Positions 13,382 through 27,940 are shown, counted from the stretch's first letter. The stretch: DNA of 64,000 nucleotides from Octopus sinensis (GCF_006345805.1 NW_021831731.1:62001-126000), one strand, 5' to 3'. Numbers and translations are program-made. Notes: generated by a model not told the origin, from the letters alone.

Positions 13382-14099
13382 GTACAGGACACCAAAAAGA
13401 TGTCGAACACATAGAGAGACGAAACACATAGACACAAACCAAGGAACAAGACAAGCAAAAAAAAGAGATACAGGACAATAAGCACAACGAAAAATCCCCT
13501 TCTTCAGTCGCTAAGGTTTCATCTACTAAACGTTTCGAAGGATAAAAGCGAGACGTATACTTCGAAGAAAACTTCCTTCCCGCGAAAAGCAAATCAATTA
13601 AAATTCTGAGATCTTTTCGCAGAGGGGTAAAAAAAAGGCAAGACGGTAACGACAGTACAAACATATAAACAGTAAAAATATATATATAAACAGTGGAAAA
13701 ATAAATATATAACAGTGAGAGACAGGACAAGGAGAACAAGATAAGAAGGGCTGTTAACGCCAGACGAAAAAAGTATTGCAAACGCTGGATTATCGTGGAC
13801 GACGAGAGAGAGAAAATGTGTCGACCAGTAGCCTTACAAGGCGGGCGAGAAAAGACAGGATAGCAGTTACGACGGAAGTATCGTCGCAGATGGACGACGG
13901 AATGGGGGAGGAGGAGCAAGAGGAAGAGAGAGAAGAAGGGGAATGGTGCGAGGAGACCATGAAGAATGGTGAAAGGGAGAGAGAGAATGAAGAATGAGAG
14001 AGAGAGGAAGAGACAAATTAAGTGAGGGAAAAAAAGACGAAAAAGGGAATGGGAGAGAAAGAAAGAAAGATGCAGAGTCGCGTGAGAGTTAATATCAAG

Positions 14100-14100
<1 letters not shown>
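13382..14100 (-). mobile_element. Non-coding Penelope-like terminal-repeat remnant
   Basis: Bounded by microsatellites. Minus strand carries GAAAC...GTAGAT...CTGAAGA, similar in layout to 7560-8220. Confidence 0.45.
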
Positions 14101-14134
<34 letters not shown>

Positions 14135-14282
14135 TATAAACATACATATATATATACACACACACACGCACACATGCGCATACACACACATATATATATA
14201 TATGCATATATATATATGCATATATATGATATAACCTGACCCTAACCCTAACACACACACACACACACACACACATATGTAT

Positions 14283-14332
<50 letters not shown>

Positions 14333-14830
14333 AACATACATATATATATATACACACACACACGCACACATGCGCATACACACACACACATATATATATG
14401 CATATATATGATATAAATATATGTGTGTGTGTGTGTGCAGTATTTATTGGTTGAGACCATACAGAAGGTGTCAGCTTAAAGAGAAAGAAAAACAGAAATC
14501 CTTCCGTATGGTTAACAGGTGGAGAAACATGTTGCCGATGTAGATAGGAAGGACACAGTTTTCGTGATGCGTGTGTCTGGATTGCAGTATTGAGCTAAAA
14601 TTATATTGTAGAAAGAAACTTATGGTAGGATAGATAGATATATAGACAGATACAAAGATAAATAGATAAGGTGAGAGAGAGAGAGAGATATAGAGATAGA
14701 GATAGAGAGAGAGAGAGAGAGAGAAAGGGGGAAACGCGCAATTAAACAATACAAAACATACAAAGTCCTTTAATTGTACCAAAACTAATACCAAAATTAA
14801 GACCATCAATCCCACAACACCAATAATACG

Positions 14831-14861
<31 letters not shown>

Positions 14862-15144
14862 GGAATAGTAGTGTCGTTGGAAATAACAACAGCAACAACA
14901 GGAATGGTAACAATAAGAGAAATGAGAATAGTGTCAATGTTAGCAAAGAAGAAAAAAGAAAAACAACACAAAACAAAACAAAACATGAAAAGAAAACTAA
15001 AAAAAAAAAAAAAAAATGAAGCAGAAAAGAAAATTCGAAACCAATTTTGTGGCAGCCTTTTTATTTACATTTAGATTAATTTCAGAATATTTAAGAAGTC
15101 GTAAACAGAGTTTGTAACGTGTCAAAATGAAGAATGAAATGAAT

Positions 15145-15151
15145 AAATAGA

Positions 15152-15206
<55 letters not shown>

Positions 15207-15419
15207 AAATTAAAAAAATAAGAAAAGAGAAAAAAAATTTTTTTTTAGGAAAAATAAGAAAACAGGAATCTGAAACGGAATCAAATAAAAAATAAAATTG
15301 AAAACAAAATCAAACTCAAAGCTAAACAAGATTGAATAAGAAACTAAATAGATAAATAACGAAATGACATTACTTGTAAGAATTGAATACATACATACAT
15401 ACATGCATACATACATACA

Positions 15420-15498
<79 letters not shown>

Positions 15499-15577
15499 AT
15501 ATATGAGTAGGATATATTTATGTACGTGTGTGTACATGTATATATATATATACATATAAAACATAAATATGTATATG

Positions 15578-15636
<59 letters not shown>

Positions 15637-15842
15637 TATATACACACACATATATATATGCACATATAGATATATGTATGCATATATAAGTATATATATA
15701 TATAATATATATATATTTATACACGTACATAAATATAAACTAATCTTATATATATATATCTGTGTATGTATGTATGCGTATATATATATAAATATATGTA
15801 AAAACCTAAATATGTATATATGTATATATATATATTCACACA

Positions 15843-15897
<55 letters not shown>

Positions 15898-15915
15898 ATG
15901 TATATATATATGTAA
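15145..15915. repeat. (AAAT)n, (CATA)n, (TA)n, (CA)n microsatellite cluster
   Basis: Directly visible. Confidence 0.9.
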
Positions 15916-16624
15916 TATGACAAAACAACAATTTATCCAAACGAACAATGAATGGAAAATTTCAGAGAAACAAATAAGACAAAATGAACTGTTAGGCCTC
16001 CACGCTGAGATGCCAATATAGAATGCAAATAAAAACGATCGATCTCCACACAAGATGTTTGGCAGCAAATTTTGGCGGCATTGTTGCTTGTCTGCAGTAG
16101 ATTATTTCTTCATCCATTTTCCTGTCAACTGTTCCCAATCTTTGTGATGTATTGAATCTTCAAGAATCATGAAACTGGGACTAATCTTAAGAAGCACTAC
16201 TATAAAGATGGCAATGTCTCCGTGCGAGGGTTGTTTTCTCTATGTATTTGTCTGTCTGTCTGATTGTGTGTCTTTGTGCTACTGTGTTGCTATGCATGCC
16301 TGTATCTCAATATGTGGGTGTATGTGTTAATATGCGTGCTTGCGTGAATGTGTTTTGACTGAAAATCATCTTTTTATTGTCTTCAGTATTAATTTTTTTT
16401 GACTTACTTTAAATAAATATTGTATTTACACATAAATATTTAAGATATCATAGTTTTGTGTAACTAAACAAGTTATCTAAATATTTTTATTAGTAGCTAA
16501 TCTGTAGAAAAGCAAAGAAATTTATCGTGTGGTTAGAGATAAGAAAAAAGAACTAGGAAGTTGTTTCTCTTAGCCCCGGTCATTCTTCATCAATATTAGG
16601 TAAAAAAAAAAAAAAAATGAAGTT

Positions 16625-16846
16625 ACCTTCTCGAATCATGCTGACTCATAAGAGCCGGTTTCTCGGTTTCTATGGCGTATAAATTCCCCACATTTCTGTC
16701 TCGGTGTTACTCATTTTTGCAAGCTGAGTGGACTGGAGCAACGTGAAATGAAGTTTTGTTCAAAAATTCGATGCGTCGCCCAGTCCAGGAATCGAAATCA
16801 CAATCTTACGATCATGAGTTCGATACGTTAAACACTAAGCCACGCT
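16625..16846 (-). mobile_element. tRNA-derived SINE (family C)
   Basis: Head GCGTGGCTTAGTG, B box GATTTCGATTCC. Body shared with 4600-4899. Confidence 0.8.
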
Positions 16847-17099
16847 TAGATCAATATTCGGGGTGTATCAAGCCGATACCTAAGGTGCCATGTGTAGCGA
16901 GCATGTTGTCATATTCTACGTCCATTTATGTGTCCATTTATTAGTGTTGTCTAGCTCGAGACAAGCCCTAACTGAGCATGTCTATGATCACAAGTAAATC
17001 AGGAGTGATCTATCTATTATTCTTTCAGACAGGAGGGTAACATTATCTTATGTGTTCTTTTATTTTAAGTCAGTTGGCTGCGAGTTGAGGCTGATTTTG

Positions 17100-17600
17100 G
17101 TTGTTTTTTCTCGTTGGCTGATGGCATGCGAGCAGTTTCAGGTGGTGGTCAGAATTTGGTTGGGAGCGATGGGTACAGTCTAAATGAGACACTTGATTTT
17201 TTTATTAACCAATGTTAGTAGGTTAGTGGGCTAATCTCTATCTGGACTGTGTGTGTAAGGACGTGTTGTCGTATCTAGATGTGATCTTGCATCTATTGGT
17301 GATGACTACGAGGGCTGGAGTTTCATCTGGCAACTGTATGATGGATTGAGCTTCATACAGCATCAGTTGTTACCCTGCACATCCAAGTGATCTGTCATTT
17401 TAAGTATTTAGTTTTGTTATTTAGGTTGCCTATGGGCGTACATCCTATAATAATGCGAAGTGCAATGTTTGCGTTCTTAGTAGTTTGTTGTGGAGAGATT
17501 GTAGCCTAGATATGACGATCGTAATACAAGATGGATTTGATATATTGTTTATACTTAAGTGGGTATAGGTCCTATAAATGTGTCTGTATGTAGTTTTGCT
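17100..17600 (-). mobile_element. Decayed Jockey/I-group LINE fragment
   Basis: Minus-strand remnants YKQYIKSILYY and NIALRIIIGCT, typical of the post-RT region. Many stops. Confidence 0.45.
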
Positions 17601-17654
17601 TTAAGTGAAGATAGTAATGGCAAGTGATAGAAGCCGACTGGACAATATATAGGT

Positions 17655-17856
17655 CACCATGATAGATCGTTAGCCACTACACACATTTTTTTTCTCTTCT
17701 TGTTTCTCTCCTTGTTTTTTTCTGAGTCCCTTTCTGTAGAAGAGCGTAGGCTCGAAACGTAAAATACTTTTTCTATTCCTGAGCGTTATACTAATACATC
17801 TGTTTGTTTTGTACACCACCTGTCTTCGTCGTTTGTTGTTTTCGTAAACTCTCCCT
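17655..17856 (+). mobile_element. Short hammerhead-bearing Penelope-pLTR-like element
   Basis: Homologous to 598-858 and to fragments at ~3990-4050 and ~7480-7540. Confidence 0.65.
17730..17765 (+). ncRNA. Minimal type-I hammerhead motif, CUGUAGA core variant
   Basis: CTTT-CTGTAGA-A-GAGC-GTAG-GCTC-GAAAC-GTA-AAAT. Confidence 0.6.
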
Positions 17857-18596
17857 GGATAATATATAGACTGGATAAATTTGAATGAGCATTCACACAC
17901 GCATTTATATAAGCACAACGCCACTCAGCTCATCACCAATGTCTTATTAAATTTAGAGGACGAAGAAGTGGAAGATGTAACGTTCAAACGTTTCCGATGA
18001 AACATGTGAAACAAGTTAAGTCCAAGAATTGAACCTAATACGCAAACTCGGAAGCCTGTCATTTACTTCTCGCTAACACACACACATATATAACTCTTTC
18101 TCTCTCTCCGTCGACCTCTCTCTCTTTCTATCTATCTCCTCTTTCTTTTTCGTACCCAGACGGTCACTTTAAGCACTGAACAAACACTACTGTTCTGCCG
18201 TTCTTTATAAATAAAATATCGACTGCGGGGAAACTGTGAAAGATAATTTAAATTCCATTTGAAAGTTTTTAATTACTGAATTTTAATCAAAATACTGATT
18301 CAAAGACTATAAAAATAATTATATATAAACTAATAAAAATGTATATAAATAAAATAAAATTTCATTTGTATTTCCATCTAATTGACGCATTCTTTAGTTT
18401 AATGTTTATTAATATAAATGTTATTGTTTGGCACAGATTAGGTGGTGGATTTTGTGTGAACGATTATGACTCGAAAAAGACGTTGTTCAGCATCAGTTCA
18501 AAGTTCAACTTGCCATTTTAAAATTTCTGTGCTACTTTTGTAATCTTTAATATTAATATCTAACATCAGTGTAAGGCCTTGAAACTTCAGGCCGAA

Positions 18597-18705
18597 AGGC
18601 GACGAAGTGGCAGAATGGTTAGAGTGCTGTATAAGTTTCTTCTTTTTTTTTTCTTTGGTGGTATTCACGTTGGCTCGCTGCATTCTGAGTTCGAATTTCA
18701 CCTTT
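18597..18705 (+). mobile_element. SINE family B, 5' part
   Basis: AGGCGACGAAGTGGCAGAATGGTTAG (A box) ... CTGAGTTCGAATTTC (B box). Confidence 0.65.
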
Positions 18706-18899
18706 GCCATTACTTACTCCTACGTCGTTAAAGTACGAGTTCATTCGTTTCTTTTACTCTCTTTTCATCTACCTATTTTTCTGTGGAAAAATCGGCTATA
18801 GTCAAACAAGAGAGGCATGGGTTCTATGTTTCGATCCGAAGAAAATGCCTTATATCATGATGGTTTTCTTACGACTCCTCAGAGAAGGCAAGGTTAAGC

Positions 18900-19070
18900 A
18901 AGATATAATCTTTCAAATTGATCTCAATACTAGACTAATAATTTATTTCATTAATCCTGGAATGATGAAAAGTAAGAATTGACTTCGGCAGGATTAGAAC
19001 TCGCAACGTAAAGGAAAGCATCTACATACCTCTTAGACTTTCGTTTATCACTCTGTCTAGTCTCGCATTG
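18900..19070 (-). mobile_element. SINE family B, degenerate
   Basis: TTGACTTCGGCAGGATTAGAACTCGCAACGTAAAG matches the other copies. Confidence 0.6.
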
Positions 19071-19199
19071 TTAATTTAGTTTCTTGCATTTTTGAATAAA
19101 GTAAATATAACACAGACTGTCTGAATCTTCAAAATAGACCACGGCAAGGACTTCACTGAGACCATTACCAAGCAGTAGAACAACCCAGAAGTGCAATGT

Positions 19200-19980
19200 A
19201 GGCACTTTATAAATGTAGCCCGGTTTTCTTTAAGAGCTTTCGCTTTCCATGTTAAAAGAAGAAAGATGTATCGGGTACGTATATTTATGCATGTTTTTAT
19301 TGGTTAAGTTTTGAGTAAGAAGCTGTACATATGGTCTTCACAGGCTGTCCATAGAATGCTTACCACATCGACACCATTGATCTCGTTGATATCAATGTAG
19401 TAAATATTCCTCTTGAATAATTAAAAGTCGAGAGCTACATGAAAATAAGTGCAAAGTGGGAACTCCAAATACCTGAGTTTCTGGTTGAGAAAGCGCATAG
19501 TGATCAGCGTGACGGTGGTTGTAAACGTTATATAGGTGTTAAGTGGCATCAGAAACAAATGAACCGAGAATATCTGAGTTGAGGTGAAACGCTAGGAGCA
19601 GAATCTACTGTGGCAAAGAAGGCTGAGAGCAGAAACGTTTGAAGGTTAGAAGTTGGTGAGTGACTCCATGCCAAGTGATCTAGTGGTTTGTTCTTTGAAT
19701 ACAGTCTAGGATGACTGTGTATGTCTGTAGTAGCAGAGCCATTCCAAATATGAGAAGATTCTCCATTATGAGTCTTTTCTCTGAGCTCTGTAGAAGGTTT
19801 GTAATCGTTGGGAGTTGAAGTATTTTCTAAACATAAAGAGGAATGAGAAAAATTGTTATATAGTTTCGCCAGGTTGAGAATGTGTTTTCTCATGGTTACA
19901 TCCTCAGCTACGACGTGGCCTATATTAAAAGAGTAAGGGCAAAAACGACTTATCTCCAGCATGCTTGAAGTGCCGATACC
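19200..19980 (-). mobile_element. Decayed CR1/Jockey-group LINE C-terminal fragment
   Basis: Remnant motifs EDVTMRKHILNLAK and SSHIWNGS resemble the post-RT region of these LINEs. Confidence 0.4.
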
Positions 19981-20176
19981 TTAAAAAAACTACCAAAAAC
20001 TCCAGATAAACGTGATTTTTAACCTTATATTCTATTATGAATTAATAATACCATGCAAGCCTGTCTCTGTTATGTTTATCGCATCCACCGTGTATATTTT
20101 TATAGTGAGTAAATTGTGGTTTAGAGTGACAGCTCAGTTCATAGCAAGTGGTATTTCAATGCCCTTCTGTATATAC

Positions 20177-20245
<69 letters not shown>

Positions 20246-20246
<1 letters not shown>

Positions 20247-20395
20247 GTCGGGCTTCATTCAGTTACCATTTCACTCGCAAGGCTGTGGTCGGCCTGAGGT
20301 TATAACAGAAGACACTTGCCCAAGGTGCCATGAAGTGGGACTGAGACCGGAACCATATGGTTGGGAAGCAAGCTTCTTATCACACAGTCACGTGT
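20246..20395 (-). mobile_element. SINE family A, 5' half
   Basis: GAAGACACTTGCCCAAGGTGCCA...GGGACTGAGACCGGAACCATATGGTTGG matches the other copies. Confidence 0.8.
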
Positions 20396-21467
20396 GTTCC
20401 TATGTTTGGTCATATTTGTTGTGATTTTAATTTAGTATGGACATAAAGCGGAATATTATTTGTTTGAAGTTACCATAGTATGATTTCAAGCTTAGGAATT
20501 TTAAGAATGTAAATTTTACTTTTACCGCCACTCGCAAACCAAATTTGTTGAATGCTGTTATCACTGTGTTTCATTAGGGTATTAACTGTATGCTCACTCA
20601 CACTCCACGAAATCATGAACCTGTAACCCCTGTGCAGGGCCACATTAATCCCACCAAGAACACCTCTTTTAATTTTATGAGGCCCAGGTCCATTAGTTCA
20701 CAGATTTCAGTCCCACCAAAATGCCAGTGTTTATTCTAATATCGATTTACTAACCAAATCAAAATAACTAGTAGAGTTAATGTGAGTCGAAAGTCTTTCA
20801 GTGAGATGTAGTTTGGTTTTTCACTGAGGCATTGAAGTCTGTCTAAGATGTTATGATTTGTGGCTACGTGTTTTGCTTCTGTATTGATTAATTTTACATG
20901 TTACTATTTGTTTTTTTTTGTGTGTGTGGGAATTTGCAACGCTATTGTGTAAAAGGTTATTGTTAAGTGACCTTACCTCATATACTTTCTTTGTTTTGTC
21001 TGCTATTATGAATAAGTTTTTGGAGGAATGTTAATGTAGCTGAATCTGGAACCTCGTTCCTCTTGTGTGATTTTGTTATCTTTGTTCTCGTAGAAGTAAG
21101 CCAGCTCTCGCATGCGTTTTTATCACATTTTCTGTTTTATCGATGAGTGCTTTTAGCTTCCTGGGAGGAATTCGGATATTTTTCATTGAGTAGTTCAAAT
21201 CTTTTCTTTTCATTATTTGCATTCTGTGTTTATGTGTAAACATTTTGTACATTCATAGTGTTCAGCCATGCGGGGATCAATATATTGTTTTATATATCTT
21301 GAAGTGGAAAAATGCAAACAACAACACAAACGTACTTAATATACTCTTGTCTCAGAAAAGTGTCGACACTTGTATGTTTGGCACAGGTAAGGTAAACATG
21401 CTCACGCATACTCGCGTACACACACACATATACATTCGCATATGCAAGCATAGATAAATACGTACGC

Positions 21468-21502
<35 letters not shown>

Positions 21503-21655
21503 ATATATATACACACATGTGCATAATGCTACATGCATATATGTGCATATAGATACATACACGTATATATACTTACACACACAAATATATATATGTATGT
21601 ATATATATATATACATGTATATATACATATATATACATACATACATACATATATA

Positions 21656-21706
<51 letters not shown>

Positions 21707-21949
21707 CATACATACACACACACATACACAAAGCAACAGCCGTCTCTCGCAAGCGAGCAGATTTGAGCAACGTGAAATCACGTGCCTTGCTCAAGTGCAA
21801 TACACATTTCCCGGTTCGAGAATCGAGATCAGCACAAATATAACATAACTACGCATGCATTACGCATGCAAACTTACATGCGACATTTATACATATAAAC
21901 AAAATATATAATGAAATGATTTAGAATATGAAAAAAATATATAGAAATT

Positions 21950-23700
21950 GAGAAGTGGGCATTAGATAAGTATAAGACCACACTCGATTTCCGACAGCCT
22001 TCTGACCCATGAACATAAACTCTCTCAAATCTGACTGCTCGCCACCTTATCAGTGAACTAAAATTACATGCAATAAATAATACTCAGGTAGATAAAGCAA
22101 CAATTGACTATACAAAGTAACTTGAAACTTGAACAAATGATTTAAAGCTCCAATTGTGTGTGGCTTAGTCAGAGCAAGGGCAGCGTATTGAATCTTTTCT
22201 GGACCTCACTGTCTAGAGTAGAAAAAGAGAGGAAGAAACTAGAACTCAAGTTTTTGTAGGAAGATGCAGGAATATGCCAAAGACTAGAAATCTGACCTAA
22301 CTGTTTCTAACATTGCGAAAGAACCAGGTGGCGAGTTATGTTCAGCATCTACTCATAGAAAACACAGGAGCTGGATAATTTAACATTCTGGAGATATATG
22401 GGTACATGTGTGAGTATATCTGCATTTGTAAAAATTGTGCAAACGAGAAAGAGAATTTAACATATCAACAGAAAATAAACAAAATTTAAACCTTGTTTAA
22501 ATCGAAAAAATATCTGTGCCACTGACGCATTTGCAGCATCAACCATAGCATATGGCTTGTTTTATTGGTTTTGAATGTAACATAGACACTGTAAACTGCT
22601 ACACTAGACGTATTCTAAAGAAAGAAAATATTCACAATAAATCTAAAATCAAGTAGTTGCAAAACTTCTAAAAATTGTAAAACATCAAAATAGAAGGCGG
22701 CAGAGGACTATTGAGTGCCAGAGAACAGTTTAAGAAAGCCATTATTAATGTTTCTCGCTATCTTCCTAAGTCAAAACAAGCACGCTATGTACCTTTGTTG
22801 ACTATAACGACAAGAAAGGTAGTAAATCGATCTCCACTGCAACAACCAACTTCTTCCAAGTAATTAGATTAGATTTCAAACAGCTAAAATGTAAATCTAA
22901 GAGAGCAGTAAAAATAAACATATACAAATGGCACATCTGGCGATTATGATGAAAATCTATAACAATTACTATTTCTGTGAAGTGAATGCCCGGCACATTA
23001 ATAAAAAGTGATGCTGGTCTGCAAATGACAAATCCACCCTACGTGGGCAGTAGAAGTAACAGAATACACGAACAAGCCTCAAGTATAAGGCATAGTGTGA
23101 GAAATATCTATAATTACTACAATGTAAATAACAGATGACGGCTACAAGATCTATTTTCTCAAGCAATACATTATATTGTATTAGAATGTTCAACATTAGC
23201 TATCACAAAGTATATCTTGAGATATAACAATGTAGAAAACTTGCTCTATATACGCCAGGCAACCTAGTTTCAACTGGCTTAAAGAAAACATTCTGTGGTA
23301 TTCACTTTTCTTAGACAATGACAATACAAAGATCCTATAGAGTTATAGCTTACAGACGGACCACCAGCTGGGGCGTAATAATACAGACATCATTTGCCAT
23401 GACAAAAATGACAATAGTCTTTTAATAATTGACACAGTAATACTGACTGGCTATAATATTGTACATTACTGAGTTGAAAAGCAAAGTAATTACAGTTATT
23501 TAGCCGTTGAGCTAAAACCATTATGGTATGTGAAAGAAGTGTCCATTATCCAGTTTAAGTTGGTACAACTGCAACGATACACAATCACTTGTGTAAATAT
23601 ATCAACAACTTACTCGTAATAATAGACACAAGCAAATTCTAGAAAATAATAATGTAAAGGTTTCTAAAATATTTAGAATGTACTCACACAACATTTTAAA
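21950..23700 (+). mobile_element. Decayed R4/Dong-like RLE-type non-LTR element
   Basis: EGGRGLL at ~22693. RLE-domain remnant QTDHQLGRNNTDII...LIID...EKQSNYSYLAVELKPLW at 23352-23550. Confidence 0.7.
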
Positions 23701-24135
23701 CGACGCCTATGCCAAAGCATAAATATGTAGAATGTACCTAACCCTCTGGGATAAGAAAAGGAGTCTCATCCTGAAGGGAGTACAGTCGTCTGAGTCGATC
23801 CTAGTTTGTCTTTTAATTAATTTATCAGCTCGTTGGGAAGAAAAAGCAGGGAAGATTTAGTGAAAATAAACTGAGAACGTAAATCAGGGAGGTGAAACAT
23901 CATCAACACCCCCCTGCCACCGGAAAAATAATCCAGAATCCTGATTCTCTGAGGAGAAATTCCTCCAGTGGATTTGTTACCGCTTATGTAGCAACTGAAC
24001 TTCCTGCTCTGCACTATTAGGCTTACTACCTTTCTTTCTGTATCCAATACTGGGAAAATTTCTGAAATGAATTGTGATCTTCAGGAGTTATAACGACTTG
24101 TACGTTCATTGACACCCCACCGTGACTACATTACA

Positions 24136-24223
<88 letters not shown>

Positions 24224-24592
24224 CATTCATCATTGTTCGACCGTGGTCGAGACAATGGAATTTACTATGTTACGCCAGACTTCACGGTCCATCATAGCAT
24301 TACGGAGGTCCTGTTGCTGGATGCCTGTATCCCTGGAGATTACATCAGGGTAGGAGAGTGTGCGCCCTCTGGTATTGCGAGTAGATGGCTTCCAGAGGAG
24401 AAGAGTAGAAATTACTTCTTTTTCAGCTCTACAACAATGTCCAGCAAACTGGACTCTCCTACCTTTCACAGGAGATGACACAGGTGGTAGTTTCCCATAT
24501 ATTTGCATTTTGGTTGGATGGCGCTTCCACGAGAGATTTTGAGCTCTCATAAGGAGGCGAGTGTAGGTTCCATCCAACCGCCTCTCAAGCTT

Positions 24593-24646
<54 letters not shown>

Positions 24647-24650
24647 TACT
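24136..24650. repeat. (TAC/TAG)n microsatellite split by a LINE insertion
   Basis: Tracts 24136-24220 and 24593-24650. Confidence 0.95.
24221..24592 (-). mobile_element. Young 5'-truncated RTE-group LINE 3' end
   Basis: Uninterrupted frame LDGTYTRLLMRAQNLSWK...RRVQFAGHC...AMMDREVWR...EQ*. Almost no 3' UTR (TGATGAATGATG), then (AGT)n. Confidence 0.88.
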
Positions 24651-25784
24651 AATTTCTATTATTGTTAAGAACACCGAGGCACGATATAAAGGTAAAATAC
24701 ATACGAAAACAACAAACAATGGGGGTGGTTGTGGTGGTGAAGGTTTCGTCACCCCCGTGCACATCTCGGATAAGTTTAGTGTCTTGTGGCTCTAACACAA
24801 CCATGTTTATAGGTTTTGTCCCGATCAGGAAATATCAACCTCTTGTAGCATTGCCAAGACAAGAAGTTTTGGGAATTGTCCCTGATACTGAATCTGCTGA
24901 TGACCAGAATTACTCCCAGTTTCTACAGCTGGTAAAGGGAGGGAGTGCTTGGCAACATTCTGTATGTGAAAGACCTAAACTCGTTTGGTGCTTGACCTAA
25001 GATTTATTAGTCGGTTAAAGAAATAAGCAGCGGAAAGCATCTCGTATGGACAGCGACAAAAATTGTTCACAGTTGTTTTTCAAGAGACACTTCACACACA
25101 CACACACACACACACAGACACATACACACACACGGGTGTATGCACATTACTTCTCATCTTACTATTTCTGCGATGAAAACCTCAGAGAAAGAGGCATAAT
25201 TTTTTTTATAGCCCTCTCCCAGAGTACCCCCACCATCCCTTTAAAAGCCGATCCATGTCCATCGCATTTCTCTAGCTTATAACGCTTGCAAAATGTCATT
25301 ACCGTCGTTGTTGTTTGTATTTATTATAAATGCAATTGTCTTTGTTTACAAATGTATTCGCTTGTGAAACTGTCATAATTTTCTGTGTAAGTTTTATAGT
25401 ACAAATGTCTGGTTTGTCTGCTTGTTCAAATGTCACGCTTTTGTCTTTTTAAAAAACGTCTTATTGCTTTCACGAATTTTCCTTTCGGTATTACGGTGCT
25501 ACAACGTTTGTTGCTGGCACCTGTCACCACTACTTAAGAAAAGGAAGCCATATCAAAACACGAATAAATGAATGTTTACCAGAGCGTAAAATACAAAAGA
25601 TTAAAAAAATGTTCAAGGACAGACCTTATTTTTTCAGTCAAAATAAACTGGGATGATACTCAAGTGTGTAAGAGATTTCTGCTGGCGAATAATACAAAAA
25701 GTTTTTTTTAAGCGTATTAAACCAGGATGTATAGGAATACCTACCTTCACCACAAAAGACTAATAATAATAATAATAATAATAA

Positions 25785-25985
25785 TGATTTCAAATATTGG
25801 CACAAGGCTAGCAATTTGGGGTGAGGAGATAAGTTGTTTAAATCAACCCCAGTATTCAACTGATATTTATTTCATCGACCCCGAAAGGTTGAAAGAAAAG
25901 TCGACCTCGGCGGAATTTGAACTCAGAACGTAAAGACGGACAAAATACCGTTAAGTATTTTGTCCAATGTATTAACGATTCCAGT
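25785..25985 (-). mobile_element. SINE family B
   Basis: GTCGACCTCGGCGGAATTTGAACTCAGAACGTAAAG, with the tail next to (TAA)n. Confidence 0.85.
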
Positions 25986-25989
25986 GTGC

Positions 25990-26445
25990 TAACGAACCAG
26001 GTGCTTGAGTACAACAAACCGGACTTAATGGTGGTGGACAAAGTAAAACATGTATGCTCTGTAATCGATAGTCGCAGATAGTTAAGAAGGAAGGCAAGAA
26101 AGTAGACAAGATACACTGACTGTGGAAGATGAAAAAGTGAAGATAGTGCCAGTTATTGTTGGGGCTTTGATTGAGAGGAACGTAAAGAGAATGGGAATTA
26201 AGTGTTTTGTAGAGCTTTGCAAAAAGTTTGCCTCCTTCAATTTAAAAGAATTCTATCGGCCGCTAGATATACCCCAAAATTAACTGAAACAGTTGGAAAA
26301 TTCAACCGAACAAACAAATGGAAAAGAAAAAAAGGAACTTCATGGTCAATTCATGCAAAAAACCGAGAAGGTTGGAAGTAAAGATCGCTGGCTCTGGCTG
26401 ATGAACGGAGACTTGAAACGAAAGACAGAAACGCTAATGATAGAC
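25990..26445 (+). mobile_element. R4/Dong-like LINE fragments (RLE domain; pre-CCHC region)
   Basis: VLEYNKPDLMVVDK...VID, IVPVIVGAL, and LHGQFMQK...WLWLMNGDLKRKTETLMI. Confidence 0.75.
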
Positions 26446-26869
26446 GGATGAGGGTACATTACAATGACAAATTACAAAAATGGTAGGAGTGGGATTATGT
26501 ATAATCGATTCTGACAAATAGTTATGGAAACAATAGTATGATAAGGTTTTTTGAAATGGGATGTCCAAATAAAGAGATTGAAAAATCCAGTGAAGGAACT
26601 TCACAGATCTAAGATTACTCTGACTATTAAAAATAAATACACTCGCTCCGCGTTGTATTCTCCAGCCTACATGTGTATACTGAGATTAGGTTCAATCACC
26701 AGGGCCATACTCGTTACATTTCTACAATATTACAGGAGGTTAATACCCCCACCTCCAATTTCACCTTCGTCTGCAAATTAAAGTGCATGTCTGGAATCCT
26801 TTCAATCTTATCTCAGTAAGATCACTTTTACTTTGTCCATCATACATTAGAATACGGCATTTCCTTCCG

Positions 26870-27350
26870 ATCAAAGAAAGGGACAGAGAGATCTTTACAA
26901 TAGATAGCCAAATTCATTCAAATCGTAACAACAGAAAGTGGACGTAACTACACAAGTCAGCGATGGTCGGATACTCAATGTATGTGCATGCTAAAGGGAT
27001 TCGTTATTCTGTGCACCTCGGACACTGCTGACGGCGCTATTGTACATGTAGATTTTTATCTCTTCTCTGTAGCAATAATAATAATAATATACATAAAGAA
27101 AAGCGATTGCTCGATAAAGTAATAAAAGGCAAGCTATCTTGAAATTTACACTTATTGATTTGATTTGCCTAGCAGAGAATAAGATTTCAGTGAAGATGGA
27201 TGAAAACGTTTTAGAAATATAAAAATTTAGAAAAATAAATATTGAAGATTTGGAATATGGCTACAAGAAGAGTCCCTGGTAATTGTAGGAGCGTTAGAGT
27301 TACTGAAACATAATGCAAAGCAAAAATCGAAGAACTGCAAGGTAAATATT
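26870..27350 (+). mobile_element. Highly decayed R4/Dong-like fragment
   Basis: Remnants KIWNMATRRVP / VIVGAL near 27245-27300. Confidence 0.45.
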
Positions 27351-27693
27351 CAATATGTGTAATTCAGAGGAGAGCGCTTCTAGGTAGTGTTCACATTCTG
27401 TGAAAATCATCAATAAGATAAAGAAAAGAGGAAGGCTTATAACCACAAATATACATATACATAAGCATACATACATAATACATACATACATACATACATA
27501 CATACGTACGTACATACATACATACATACATACGTACGTACGTACATACTTACATACATATATACATACATGGATAAATAGATATATGTAACCACACACA
27601 AATTGGCAGTCATCTCTCTATACACTGTATAACCATACACATGAGTATAAATATCTATCTGTCTATCTATCTGTCCATCCATCCATCCATCAT

Positions 27694-27940
<247 letters not shown>

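Noticed and set aside
14240-14251. (CCCTAA)2 telomere-like motif
   Set aside because: Only two units, which is too short to be meaningful.
24662-25000. 112-aa ORF and a CTGATGA-CCAG...CTGG-TAAA pseudo-hammerhead
   Set aside because: No recognisable protein motif. The GAAA box and stems I/III are missing.
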